Positions 20,475 through 30,678 of a DNA stretch of 64,000 bases are shown piece by piece; position 1 is the stretch's first letter; each line of letters begins with the position of its first letter. The DNA lies in the NCBI GenBank assembly GCA_004214185.1, contig SGZG01000002.1, forward strand, positions 16,948 to 80,947, in the 5' to 3' direction. The position numbers and the translations under genes were made by a program. Below the pieces are notes generated by a model. That model was given only the letters and a program-made list of their open reading frames with translations, was not told where the DNA came from and searched no databases. This DNA comes from Flavobacteriales bacterium (lineage in GTDB: Bacteria > Bacteroidota > Bacteroidia > Flavobacteriales > Flavobacteriaceae).

Positions 20475-22326
20475 ACTATTACCATTTTTAATCATACTCT
20501 CATCAATAATATTTATTCTGAGACTAATTTGGGTTCAATTGATAAATATTGATGATGTAAAACTTTCAAATAAAAATTCAGTTGAAAAAGTTTATAATTA
20601 TCCTGAAAGAGGATATATATACGACAGAAACAATAAACTTATTGTTGGAAATGAGCCTTTTTACGATTTAATGATAATCCCTTCAGAATTAAAAATAGTT
20701 GATACAATTGAATTTTGTAAAATTTTAAAAATTGATAAACCAACACTCATAGATAAAATTAAAAAAGCGAGTAACTTTTCAAAAATAAAACCATCCGTAT
20801 TTATTTCTCAAATTTCTAAAATTGATTATGCTGTGATTCAAGAAAAACTATGGAAATACAAAGGATTTTCCATAAGAAAAAAGTCTAATAGAAACTATTT
20901 ATTAAATTCTGCCTCTAATATTTTGGGTTACATAAGTGAAGTTAACGATTATGAGGTAAGAGATAATAGTTATTACGAATCTGGAGAACTAATTGGTAGA
21001 CAGGGCATTGAAAAGTCTTATGAAAAAAAATTAAGAGGTGTTAAAGGGGTAAGTTACTTCCAAAAAGATAATTTTAATAGAATAACTGGGTCCTACAAAG
21101 AAGGTATATATGATACCATATACAAACCTGCAAAAAATATTAACTTAACAATAGATTCTAATCTTCAAGTTTATGGAGACTCGTTAATGTCTAATAAATT
21201 TGGAAGTATTATAGCAATTGAACCTAATAGTGGAGAAATTTTATCACTCATAAATGCTCCAAATTTTGATCCGAATTTACTTATTGGAAGAAATAGGTCT
21301 AAAAACTATCTTAAACTAAAAAATGATACCATTGGTAAACCTCTTTTTGATAGAGGATTACAAGGAATGTATCCACCAGGATCAACATTTAAATTAATTA
21401 ACGGATTAATTGCTTTGGAGGAGAAAATCATTAATGAGAATACTAAAATTTCATGTAGCGAAGGACATTTTTACTCTAAAAATAGGTTTATGAAGTGTCA
21501 TTGTAAGCCAGGAACTGAAAATAATTTAAATACCGCTATTTACAATTCTTGTAATACATACTTTGCTACAATTTATAAAAAAACAATTGAAAAATACTCT
21601 GATACAAAGGAAGGAATGGATAATTGGAATAAACATGTTAGTAGTTTTGGACTAGGAGACTATTTAGGGTACGATCACCCATTAGGAAGACCTGGATTAA
21701 TACCTAACTCTGAATATTATGATAAGTGGTATCCAAATAATCGTTGGAGAGCAGCAACAACAATATCAAACGGAATTGGTCAAGGTGAAATTTTGACAAC
21801 TCCGATACAACTTGGAAATATTGCTGCTACCATAGCTAACAGAGGATGGTACATCACCCCTCATTTTGTAAAAAAAATATCCAATGATTCAATAGATGCT
21901 AGATATAAAGAAAAAAAATTTTCGTCTATTGAGTCAAAATATTACGATGCAATAGTCGAAGGAATGTATAATGTAATTGAAAAAGGTACAGCTCAAAATT
22001 CGAAAATTAAAAATATAAAGATCGTTGGAAAGACCGGAACAGCTGAAAATTTTATAAAAATTAATGGGACAAGAAAACAATTAACAGACCACTCAATTTT
22101 TATTGGATTTGCCCCCAAAGACAATCCTAAAATAGCAATAGCTGTATTTATTGAAAATGGGTATTGGGGAACACGTTGGGCAGCTCCAATTGCCAGTTTA
22201 ATGATTGAAAAATATTTAAATAAAAATGTTGATAGAAAATATCTCGAGAATTATATTTTAGAAGGAGATTTAACAGAAGAATACTTGAAACCATATACAA
22301 ATATTAACTTCTCAATTAATGAATAA
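20464..22326 (+). CDS. mrdA: penicillin-binding protein 2 (elongasome transpeptidase)
   Basis: 620 aa. N-terminal TM, then SxxK (GSTFK), SxN (ISNG) and KTG (GKTGTAE) motifs. Sits upstream of rodA. Confidence 0.9.
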   Translation: MKNKLLPFLIILSSIIFILRLIWVQLINIDDVKLSNKNSVEKVYNYPERGYIYDRNNKLIVGNEPFYDLMIIPSELKIVDTIEFCKILKIDKPTLIDKIKKASNFSKIKPSVFISQISKIDYAVIQEKLWKYKGFSIRKKSNRNYLLNSASNILGYISEVNDYEVRDNSYYESGELIGRQGIEKSYEKKLRGVKGVSYFQKDNFNRITGSYKEGIYDTIYKPAKNINLTIDSNLQVYGDSLMSNKFGSIIAIEPNSGEILSLINAPNFDPNLLIGRNRSKNYLKLKNDTIGKPLFDRGLQGMYPPGSTFKLINGLIALEEKIINENTKISCSEGHFYSKNRFMKCHCKPGTENNLNTAIYNSCNTYFATIYKKTIEKYSDTKEGMDNWNKHVSSFGLGDYLGYDHPLGRPGLIPNSEYYDKWYPNNRWRAATTISNGIGQGEILTTPIQLGNIAATIANRGWYITPHFVKKISNDSIDARYKEKKFSSIESKYYDAIVEGMYNVIEKGTAQNSKIKNIKIVGKTGTAENFIKINGTRKQLTDHSIFIGFAPKDNPKIAIAVFIENGYWGTRWAAPIASLMIEKYLNKNVDRKYLENYILEGDLTEEYLKPYTNINFSINE

Positions 22327-23572
22327 TGAGGTGAACATAAGAAGAATAGATTGGACTAGTGTTCTGATTTTAAGCTTACTTATTTCGTTAGGCTTAGGCA
22401 ATATTTACTCATCATCACAAGCATATTTATTGGATTCTCTTTTAACAATAAATCCATTTACCAAACAATTGATTTTTGCTTTGGTATCAATATTTATTTT
22501 TTTATTTATTCAAATACTCCCCAATAATTTTTTTATAAAATACTCTAGTATTTTATATGTTTTTTCTATTATATCGTTAATTGGTCTTTTCTTTTTTGGA
22601 AATGAGATTAATGGAGCATTAGCTTGGTATCAATTTGGAGGATTTGGTTTACAGCCAAGTGAATTTGCAAAACCAATAACTGCTTTAGCATTGGCTAAAT
22701 ATTTGAGTGATATAAATTCTAATATTAGAACAATAAAAACTCAATTTTATTCGTTTCTGATTGTTTTAATTCCAATAGTACTTATAATTCTTCAACCGGA
22801 CCCTGGAACAGTTATTATTTTTTTAAGCTTTCTTCTAGTTTTTTATAAAGTTGGGCTACCATCAATTTATATGAATTTATTTGTTGGGTTTGTTTTAATT
22901 TTTTTTTCTACTATACTTTTAGGTCCATTTAATATAATATCAACCTTAATAATAGTAACTATAATTTTATTTTATTTGTTCAGAAAAAATAAAAAATTTA
23001 TAAAGAAAATTTTTATTTATGGATCAATTTTTTCAATTTTTATTTTTTCAGTAGACTTCATTTTTAATAATGTTTTTGAACAACGTCACAGAGACAGATT
23101 TAATATCGTTATGGGGCTTGAAAAGGATTATAGAGGTTCGGGCTATAATACAAATCAGTCTAGAATTGCATTTGCTTCAGGTGGAATGTTTGGTGAAGGT
23201 TTTTTAAAAGGTTCTCAAACAAGAGGTAACTTTGTTCCCGAACAACACACAGACTACATTTTTTCAACTGTAGGAGAAGAATGGGGTTTTACTGGAGCTT
23301 CATTTATTATTATTTTATTTTGTGTATTAATGCTTAGAATTTCCAAAAGAGCTGATTTGCAAAGAAATCTCTTTAGCAAGATCTACTCATATTCAACAGT
23401 TACTATCATTTTTACACACTTTTTTATAAATATTGGTATGGTTATAGGATTAGTTCCAACAATTGGCATACCACTCCCATTTTTAAGTTATGGAGGGTCT
23501 AGTCTTTGGGCTTTTGTATTATTATTTTCAATTTATATAAAATTAGATTCTGAAAGAACTAGTAAGTGGTAA
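22319..23572 (+). CDS. rodA: SEDS-family peptidoglycan polymerase RodA
   Basis: 417 aa polytopic membrane protein. FtsW/RodA/SpoVE motifs QPSEFAKP, PEQHTDYIFS and GIPLPFLSYGGSS. Confidence 0.9.
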   Translation: MNNEVNIRRIDWTSVLILSLLISLGLGNIYSSSQAYLLDSLLTINPFTKQLIFALVSIFIFLFIQILPNNFFIKYSSILYVFSIISLIGLFFFGNEINGALAWYQFGGFGLQPSEFAKPITALALAKYLSDINSNIRTIKTQFYSFLIVLIPIVLIILQPDPGTVIIFLSFLLVFYKVGLPSIYMNLFVGFVLIFFSTILLGPFNIISTLIIVTIILFYLFRKNKKFIKKIFIYGSIFSIFIFSVDFIFNNVFEQRHRDRFNIVMGLEKDYRGSGYNTNQSRIAFASGGMFGEGFLKGSQTRGNFVPEQHTDYIFSTVGEEWGFTGASFIIILFCVLMLRISKRADLQRNLFSKIYSYSTVTIIFTHFFINIGMVIGLVPTIGIPLPFLSYGGSSLWAFVLLFSIYIKLDSERTSKW

Positions 23573-24640
23573 TTATTTTGATTTAAAAAATTCTTCTAAA
23601 TTGTTTCCTAAAAACATAAAACTAGTAACTAACAACATTATTGCTAAACCAGGAATAATAGCTAAATATTCTTTACCTAATATTATATATTGATAATTGT
23701 CCTTTATCATTGATCCCCAACTTGGTACTGGAGGTTGAGTACCAATTCCAAGAAAACTTAAACCACTCTCGATCAGAATTGCAGAAGCAAAATTGGCAGC
23801 CGAAATAATTAAAATTGGACCTATTATATTTGGAATTAAATGATTTAAAAAAATTCTTAAGTCTGAAAAACCTAAAACCTTTGTTGCGAGAATATAATCT
23901 TTATTTTTTTCAGAAATTACCTGTCCCCTGACTATTCTTGCAACTTCAACCCACATTGTTAAACCAACAGCTATATAAACCTGCCAAAATCCTTTACCCA
24001 ATGCCAATGAAAATGCTATAACAAGCAATAGGGTTGGAATTGACCAAAAAATATTAATAATCATCATTGAAATTTTATCAATAGCACCACCATAATAACC
24101 ACTGATTAGGCCAATTGGTATTCCAATCAAAAGTGAAATTAAAACTGCTACAATTCCAATTGATAAAGACACTCTAGCACCAAGAATAATTCTTCCAAAT
24201 ACATCTCTTCCATAATTGTCCGTTCCAAATAAGTATTTTCTGTTGACTATATAATTAGAAACTATCTCGTCAGAACTGAGATGATCAGGAAATTTATCAA
24301 ACGAAATAATTTTTTTTTCATTTGAAAAATCCAAGTATTCTATCCCATTTTCAATTTGAGTAAACTCAGAAATTAGTATTTCGTTATTAGGGTTCTCAAA
24401 TCCCTTAAAGAACTTACTTAAAGCAGATTGTTTTTTAGCTTCTTTATCTGGAACAATAATGAAATTGGCGATAAATCCTGGTTTTTGAGAATGAATAGGC
24501 AAATGCATCTGATTTGAATTCATTGATTTATCTGGAATGATTTGATATGAAAAGACTGAGAGAAATAAACAAAAAAAGATAAATAATAAGCTTAAAATAA
24601 TACCTGGATTACTTACCAATTTTTTATTTTTAAAGTTCAT
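23573..24640 (-). CDS. ABC transporter permease, OppC/DppC type (no partner genes nearby)
   Basis: 355 aa. N-terminal TM plus a periplasmic loop, YLFGTDNYGRDVFGRI, and six TM helices of the binding-protein-dependent permease type. Its start shares one nucleotide with the upstream protease stop. Confidence 0.8.
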   Translation of the reverse strand: MNFKNKKLVSNPGIILSLLFIFFCLFLSVFSYQIIPDKSMNSNQMHLPIHSQKPGFIANFIIVPDKEAKKQSALSKFFKGFENPNNEILISEFTQIENGIEYLDFSNEKKIISFDKFPDHLSSDEIVSNYIVNRKYLFGTDNYGRDVFGRIILGARVSLSIGIVAVLISLLIGIPIGLISGYYGGAIDKISMMIINIFWSIPTLLLVIAFSLALGKGFWQVYIAVGLTMWVEVARIVRGQVISEKNKDYILATKVLGFSDLRIFLNHLIPNIIGPILIISAANFASAILIESGLSFLGIGTQPPVPSWGSMIKDNYQYIILGKEYLAIIPGLAIMLLVTSFMFLGNNLEEFFKSK

Positions 24641-26769
24641 TAATCTACTTTAGCCAAAATACTTCTTTGATTGATTTTTTTTGTTTTGAGGTTTAATAAA
24701 ACATTTACACCCTCATTAATATAAATATCTGACTTTAATAGTTTGATCCACCTTTCTTTTTTTTCTTTAAATTCTTGTGAATCAAGTATTTTTTTTGATT
24801 GATTAGAAAAAAGTTCAAAATCTAAATTATTACTATAATCTAAAATATCTTTAAAGGATTCAATTTCTTTTTTACTTTTAGCTTGATTGAGTTTGTAATT
24901 ATTATAGTCAAGTGGAAAAGAATTTACTTTTCTTCTTTCAGCAAGCCATTTAGCATTAGAATCTATCAAATTAAATAATTTGTTGTTTAAAACTCTATTT
25001 TTTGAGTCTTGAATTACGTCAAACTTGTTAAAATAACCATCCCATTTGACGTGGTTTACTTTATCAATTTTGTCCCATGCAAGTGGATTATCCTCATCTG
25101 TTTCGCCAACGTCAATGTATGTAAATCTATTTGGTGTAATTATATCGCTTTCAACTCCCTTTAACTGAACAGAACTACCAGTTATTCTATAAAACTTTTC
25201 AGTTGTTATTTTTAGAGCACCTATATCAAAATTACTGTTTGAAACAAATCTATTTAGATCTAAAACATTTTGGACAGTTCCTTTTCCAAAAGTATTGCTA
25301 CTTCCAATTACAATTGCTCTATTGTAATCTTGAAGAGCAGCAGCTAAAATTTCAGAAGCTGAGGCAGACATTTGATTGACTAATATAACTAGTGGTCCAT
25401 CCCATACAATTGATGGATCTTTATCAAATAGAACTTTTTTTCTGTTTCCAATTGACTTTACTTGAACTACAGGTCCTGTTTCAATGAACAAACCTGTCAT
25501 TTCCACAACAGTTTGTAAAGCACCCCCTCCATTATTTCTTAAATCTAAAATTAGTCCTTCAATATTTTTTTCTTTTAGTTTTAAAATTTCTTTCTTTACG
25601 TCATTTGCACAGTTTATTTCTTCATAATCATTAAAATCAACATAGAATTTTGGTAGTGTTATTAAACCAAAATTCTTACTGTCTTTTCTAATTAAAGTAG
25701 ATGTTGCATAAGTTTCTTCTAAAACAACCTCATCTCTTTCTATACTGTAAGTTTTTATTTCATTATCAATTTTTTTTCTGACAGTTAATTCCACAATTGT
25801 TCCTTTTGGACCTTTAATAAGTTTTATAGCGTCATCTACCCTCATTCCAATAACATCAACAGGATCTTTATTTGGTTCACCAACTTTGATTATTTGATCA
25901 CCCACCTCAATACTTTTATCCTTCCACAAGGGTCCGCCAAGAATAATTTCAACTATTTCTATTCCTCTATCTTTCTTTAGCAATCTTGCTCCAATGCCAT
26001 CAAATCTTCCAGAGATATTAACGTCAAAACGATCTTTATCCTCAGGTTTAAAATACACTGTATGTGGATCATACTGAGAGGCGAATGAATTTATGTAGGA
26101 AGAGAACCAATCTTCTTTTTGTAAATCATCCATTAAATCAAGAATATCTAAAATGTTATCTTTTGCCAAATTAGATGCTTCTTCAATAAGTTGTTTATCT
26201 GACTTAGTTATATAATTATCGTTTTTTATTGATAAATTTTCTTGATCTTTAACTTTAATGTCATAAAAATCTAATACTGAATATTTCAGCTGCTTTCTCC
26301 ATCTTTCTTTTTTTTCTTTTTTGTTCTTAGGGAAATCTAAATTTTCAAAATCAGTATTTATAATTTCAATAGTTTCAAATTCAAATGGAATTTCGAAAAT
26401 CTCAGGAATTAATAACTCAACTTCATCAATTCTTTTAATCAATCGATCATAAGTTAAGTTAAAAAAAGTTATATCATAGTCTTTCCACTGATCGTCCAAA
26501 GAACGTCTATATTTTTTAAACTCATTGAAATCAGTTGTAAGAAAATATTTTTTTTGAGGATCTAATAATTCTAAATATTTATCAAAAACATTTTCAGAAA
26601 ATTCATCATTTAATTCCGTTGTTTGATAATGTCCTTTATCCAATACATACTTTAATAGCTCAACAAGTAACTTGTCTTTATTTGGATCTTCAAACTTGAC
26701 ATCACTGAATTTCCAGCTTATAAAAATTAGAGAAATTAAAATAAAAAAAGTTAAAAATATTTTTTTCAT
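24640..26769 (-). CDS. S41 carboxy-terminal processing (tail-specific) protease
   Basis: 709 aa. Signal anchor, PDZ region (GIGARL...GGPLWKDKSIEVGDQIIKV), catalytic Ser block NQMSASASEILAAAL, and Lys in FGKGTVQ. Confidence 0.9.
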   Translation of the reverse strand: MKKIFLTFFILISLIFISWKFSDVKFEDPNKDKLLVELLKYVLDKGHYQTTELNDEFSENVFDKYLELLDPQKKYFLTTDFNEFKKYRRSLDDQWKDYDITFFNLTYDRLIKRIDEVELLIPEIFEIPFEFETIEIINTDFENLDFPKNKKEKKERWRKQLKYSVLDFYDIKVKDQENLSIKNDNYITKSDKQLIEEASNLAKDNILDILDLMDDLQKEDWFSSYINSFASQYDPHTVYFKPEDKDRFDVNISGRFDGIGARLLKKDRGIEIVEIILGGPLWKDKSIEVGDQIIKVGEPNKDPVDVIGMRVDDAIKLIKGPKGTIVELTVRKKIDNEIKTYSIERDEVVLEETYATSTLIRKDSKNFGLITLPKFYVDFNDYEEINCANDVKKEILKLKEKNIEGLILDLRNNGGGALQTVVEMTGLFIETGPVVQVKSIGNRKKVLFDKDPSIVWDGPLVILVNQMSASASEILAAALQDYNRAIVIGSSNTFGKGTVQNVLDLNRFVSNSNFDIGALKITTEKFYRITGSSVQLKGVESDIITPNRFTYIDVGETDEDNPLAWDKIDKVNHVKWDGYFNKFDVIQDSKNRVLNNKLFNLIDSNAKWLAERRKVNSFPLDYNNYKLNQAKSKKEIESFKDILDYSNNLDFELFSNQSKKILDSQEFKEKKERWIKLLKSDIYINEGVNVLLNLKTKKINQRSILAKVD

Positions 26770-26867
26770 AATAGATTTTATTTTGAATATATAGATTCAA
26801 AAATCATGCAATTAAACACTAATCATAATAAATATAACATTTAAATATTTCAGAAAATAGAATTATT

Positions 26868-26899
26868 AAAAAATAAAACCCCAACTTAGTTGAGGTTTT
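26868..26899 (-). terminator. rho-independent terminator after tRNA-Leu
   Basis: The minus-strand transcript forms AAAACCUCAAC-UAA-GUUGGGGUUUU (11 bp including one G-U pair), followed by AUUUUUU. The same helix on the plus strand would contain a C-A mismatch. Confidence 0.7.
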
Positions 26900-26901
26900 A
26901 G

Positions 26902-26983
26902 TGCGGGTGAAGGGACTCGAACCCCCATGCCGCGAAGCACTAGATCCTAAGTCTAGCGTGTCTACCAATTTCACCACACCCGC
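26902..26983 (-). tRNA. tRNA-Leu (anticodon UAG)
   Basis: Hand-folded. Acceptor GCGGGTG/CACCCGC plus A, anticodon stem CTAGA/TCTAG with loop CTTAGGA, long variable arm, T-loop TTCGAGT. 82 nt with no encoded CCA. Confidence 0.85.
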
Positions 26984-26991
26984 GCGGAGCG

Positions 26992-26999
26992 CAAATATA
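26992..26999 (-). promoter_or_regulatory. candidate -7 box TATATTTG for tRNA-Leu
   Basis: Perfect TAnnTTTG on the minus strand, 8 nt upstream of the mature tRNA 5' end. Confidence 0.5.
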
Positions 27000-27078
27000 A
27001 GCAAGATTGTGATAAATATCATAATATTTTTTTATGTAAAAGATGGAGTTTTAATTACTTTTACTTAAACTATTTTAC

Positions 27079-28470
27079 ATGGATAAAATCAAAGATTACA
27101 TTGAATCAAATAAAGAAAGGTTTTTAGATGAATTATTTGAATTAATAAGTATCCCCTCAGTAAGTGCAAAGCAAGAACATAAAAAAGACCTTAGAAAAAC
27201 TGCTGAATTACTAAAAAATCATTTTGTAAAACTTGGTTTAAACAATTGTGAAATACATGAAACAAAAGGACATCCAATTGTTTATGCAGATAAAATAATA
27301 GATAAAACTTTACCCACAATTTTAATCTATGGACATTATGATGTTCAACCAATAGATCCAATTGAACTTTGGGACCAAGACCCTTTCAAACCATATATTA
27401 AAAAAACTTCAATTCACCCTGAGGGAGCTATTTTTGCAAGGGGAGCATGTGATGATAAAGGCCAGATGTTTATGCATTTAAAGGCAATTGAAATTATGGT
27501 TAACAGTGATCAACTTCCCTGTAACGTTAAACTTATGATTGAGGGTGAGGAAGAAGTTGGAAGTGATAATCTTGAATTATTTGTTAAAAATAATAGAGAA
27601 AAGCTTTCAAATGACATAATATTGGTTTCTGACACTGGAATGATTAGTAAAACCATTCCATCAATTACAACAGGATTAAGAGGATTATCTTATATGGAAG
27701 TAGAGATAACTGGTCCCAACAGAGATTTGCACTCTGGGCATTATGGTGGAACTGTGGCTAATCCAATAAATGTTCTTTCTAAAATGATTGAATCACTTCA
27801 TGATTCAAATAATAAAATTACAATCCCAGGATTTTACGACAATGTAATTGAAATGTCTTTCTCTGAAAGAGAAAGGTTAAACTCAGCTCCTTTTGAAATT
27901 AAAGATTTCAAAAATTCTATTGGTCTTAAAAAAGAACATGGGGAGATTGGTTATACTACCATAGAAAGACAGTCTATACGACCATCACTGGATGTTAACG
28001 GAATTTGGGGAGGCTACACAGGACAGGGAGCTAAAACAGTATTACCAAGTAAAGCTCATGCTAAAATTTCTATGAGATTAGTTCCTGGTCAAAATTGGAA
28101 AAGAATAAATAAACTTTTCACAAAACATATTAAAAAAATTGCTCCAAAATCAGTTTATGTTAATGTTATAGAGCATCACGGTGGACAACCTTATGTCGCA
28201 CCAATTGATACTATTGGATTTAAAGCTGCAAGTAAAGCTTATTTGGATGTTTTTGGTTTAGAACCAATCCCAACCAGAGATGGTGGTAGCATTCCAATTA
28301 TTGCTCTATTTGAACAAGAGCTGAAAAGCAAAACGATTTTGATGGGATTCGGATTAGATACTGATGCTATACATTCACCCAATGAACATTTTGGACTATC
28401 AAACTTTTTTAATGGAATTGAAACTATTACCAAATTTCATTATCATTTTAGAAATCTGTTCAAAGATTAA
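27079..28470 (+). CDS. M20-family dipeptidase
   Basis: 463 aa. YGHYDVQP, RGACDDKGQ, a MIEGEEEVGS metal-ligand block, and C-terminal HSPNEH. Confidence 0.85.
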   Translation: MDKIKDYIESNKERFLDELFELISIPSVSAKQEHKKDLRKTAELLKNHFVKLGLNNCEIHETKGHPIVYADKIIDKTLPTILIYGHYDVQPIDPIELWDQDPFKPYIKKTSIHPEGAIFARGACDDKGQMFMHLKAIEIMVNSDQLPCNVKLMIEGEEEVGSDNLELFVKNNREKLSNDIILVSDTGMISKTIPSITTGLRGLSYMEVEITGPNRDLHSGHYGGTVANPINVLSKMIESLHDSNNKITIPGFYDNVIEMSFSERERLNSAPFEIKDFKNSIGLKKEHGEIGYTTIERQSIRPSLDVNGIWGGYTGQGAKTVLPSKAHAKISMRLVPGQNWKRINKLFTKHIKKIAPKSVYVNVIEHHGGQPYVAPIDTIGFKAASKAYLDVFGLEPIPTRDGGSIPIIALFEQELKSKTILMGFGLDTDAIHSPNEHFGLSNFFNGIETITKFHYHFRNLFKD

Positions 28471-29587
28471 TTAGAAAAAGTTCAGATGCTATTCCGTCAG
28501 AAAGAAATTTTCCTTTTTGAGTCGTTTTAAAATGGCTTTCATCAAAAACAATCAAATCTGATTCAACAAATTTTTTAGATTTGTTAAGGAAGTGTAGTTT
28601 AAATTTTTGTCCAAATTTTTCTTCAATGTATTCCAAGGAAATTCCCCACATTGTCCTTAATCCTGTCATAACATACTCATTGTATTGATCTTTCAATGTT
28701 AATTTTTCTTTTTGATGAAACATTTTATTTTTTGAAATATCATTTATGTAAAGTGCATTATTAGAAATATTCCAAGATCTTGATATACCGTCAAAACTGT
28801 GAGCAGAAGGTCCTATCCCTATAAATTTTTTACCTAACCAATAGGCTGTATTATTTTTAGAAAAATATCCGTCTTTTGCAAAACTGGAAAGCTCATAATT
28901 TATATAGTTAAACTCACTTAATTTATTATTCATTAGATTGAACTGTTCTAAAACTATTTCTTCATCAAGAGGAATTATCAACTCTTTTTTAATGTAATTT
29001 TCTAAAGCTGTATTAGGTTCAACTGTTAATGCGTAAGCTGAAACATGATTAAGATTCCAATCTAAAAATAAATTTAAATTATTATCCCAAGATTTTATAT
29101 TACTTTCAGGCATACCATAAATTAAATCTATAGAAATATTTTTAAAAAACAAGGTAGCGTTGTCAATACATTTTTTTGAATCCACTGATTTATGAGATCT
29201 ATTCATCATTTTAAGTTCTCTATCATCAAATGATTGAACGCCAATACTCAACCTATTTATCATAGTTGAAGCTATTTCTTTTAATTTTGACAATTTTAAA
29301 TCATCAGGATTTGCTTCTAAAGTTATTTCAAGATTAGAGCTAATCTTGTATTTATCAATTATCAATTGAATAAAATTATCTATTTCTTTAACTTCTAAAA
29401 GAGATGGAGTTCCTCCTCCAAAATAAATAGTCTCAATAACATCATGACATTGCGCTGATTTAACTTCAATTTCTCTTAACATGGATTTTATAATTGAATC
29501 TCTATTATTTAAAGAGGTTGAAAAATGAAAATTACAATAGTGACATGCTTGTTTACAGAAAGGAATATGAATATAAATACCTGACAC
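28460..29587 (-). CDS. hemW: radical SAM heme chaperone HemW (oxygen-independent coproporphyrinogen oxidase-like)
   Basis: 375 aa. IYIHIPFCKQACHYCNFH (CxxxCxxC), then YFGGGTPS. Its 3' end overlaps the convergent M20 gene by 11 nt. Confidence 0.85.
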   Translation of the reverse strand: MSGIYIHIPFCKQACHYCNFHFSTSLNNRDSIIKSMLREIEVKSAQCHDVIETIYFGGGTPSLLEVKEIDNFIQLIIDKYKISSNLEITLEANPDDLKLSKLKEIASTMINRLSIGVQSFDDRELKMMNRSHKSVDSKKCIDNATLFFKNISIDLIYGMPESNIKSWDNNLNLFLDWNLNHVSAYALTVEPNTALENYIKKELIIPLDEEIVLEQFNLMNNKLSEFNYINYELSSFAKDGYFSKNNTAYWLGKKFIGIGPSAHSFDGISRSWNISNNALYINDISKNKMFHQKEKLTLKDQYNEYVMTGLRTMWGISLEYIEEKFGQKFKLHFLNKSKKFVESDLIVFDESHFKTTQKGKFLSDGIASELFLINL

Positions 29588-29594
29588 TAAATGA

Positions 29595-30158
29595 TTATTT
29601 CTTAACTCGATTAGTATTTTGATTTACAAATGAAGTCCAGCCAGAGTATCCTTTAGATTTAGCTGAAAGATTATTAGAGTTATAAAAATGACAAACGGCA
29701 GCTGCTAATCCATCAGTTGAATCTAAATTTTTAGGCAATTCCTTTAAATTTAATGTACTTTGTAACATTTTTGCAACTTGCTCCTTTGACGCATTACCAT
29801 TTCCTGTAATTGACATTTTAATTTTTTTAGGAGAGTATTCTGTTATAGGAATTTCTCTGGATAAGCCTGCTGCCATGGCAACCCCTTGTGCTCTACCTAG
29901 TTTCAACATTGATTGAACATTTTTTCCAAAAAAAGGGGCTTCAATTGAAATTTCGTCTGGGTTATGATTGTCTATTATATCAATTGTACGTTCAAAAATC
30001 TGTTTAAGTCTAAGATAATGGTCATCAAGTTTATTTAAAATAAGTTCATTCATTTGAATAAATTCCATTTTTTTTTCAATAATCTTAATAATTCCAAAAC
30101 CCATAATTGTTGTACCAGGATCTATTCCTAAAATTATTTTTTCTTTCTTTTTTTCCAA
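29595..30158 (-). CDS. ruvC: crossover junction endodeoxyribonuclease RuvC
   Basis: 187 aa. ILGIDPGTTIMGFGII, ISIEAPFFGKNVQS, and DSTDGLAAAVCH acidic catalytic residues. Confidence 0.9.
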   Translation of the reverse strand: MEKKKEKIILGIDPGTTIMGFGIIKIIEKKMEFIQMNELILNKLDDHYLRLKQIFERTIDIIDNHNPDEISIEAPFFGKNVQSMLKLGRAQGVAMAAGLSREIPITEYSPKKIKMSITGNGNASKEQVAKMLQSTLNLKELPKNLDSTDGLAAAVCHFYNSNNLSAKSKGYSGWTSFVNQNTNRVKK

Positions 30159-30163
30159 GTTTA

Positions 30164-30625
30164 TTAATTTGATTTTATAATTAAAGGTAGTTTAATTTTT
30201 GTGCTAACCGGAACTCCAATATTAGTTTTTGTTGCAGGATACAATGATGGTGCTTTTTTAATGGATTCCCTTACAAGTAATTCCAATGTTGGAATGTAGG
30301 GAATCAAATTATCTGTTTTTTCTATATCAATAAGTGAGAGATCACCACTTTTATCAATTAGCAATGACAAAAAAATAGTATCATTAATTTCGCTGGAAAC
30401 GACTATGCTACTTAAATCAAGATTTGAATAAATTGAGCTTAGAATAGCAGATTCAAAACAGTCTTTTCTTTTTTGTTCAGATTCAAAGTCATCGCATCCT
30501 TTCAAAGATGGTAATTCATCAGAGTTTAACCAATTAACATCAGGTGGTACGTAATTAGAATTACTAGGGTCAAAGTTGCAACTAATTATAAAGAGTGCTA
30601 AAAATAAAATATTAAATAATTTCAC
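30164..30625 (-). CDS. small lipoprotein, possibly TonB-C-like fold
   Basis: 153 aa. Lipobox IISCNF. The P-x-L-x-GC...C spacing (PSLKGCDDFESEQKRKDC) resembles Bacteroidetes TonB-C-terminal-domain lipoproteins. Weak recognition only. Confidence 0.4.
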   Translation of the reverse strand: MKLFNILFLALFIISCNFDPSNSNYVPPDVNWLNSDELPSLKGCDDFESEQKRKDCFESAILSSIYSNLDLSSIVVSSEINDTIFLSLLIDKSGDLSLIDIEKTDNLIPYIPTLELLVRESIKKAPSLYPATKTNIGVPVSTKIKLPLIIKSN

Positions 30626-30678
30626 TTATTGTCAATTATAATTCTAAAATTAAGTATAATTTTAAAAAAAAAATTTCA

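Noticed and set aside
26819-27022. 67-aa ORF spanning the tRNA-Leu locus
   Set aside because: It reads straight through a well-folded tRNA gene and its terminator on the same strand. It is an artefact of ORF calling.
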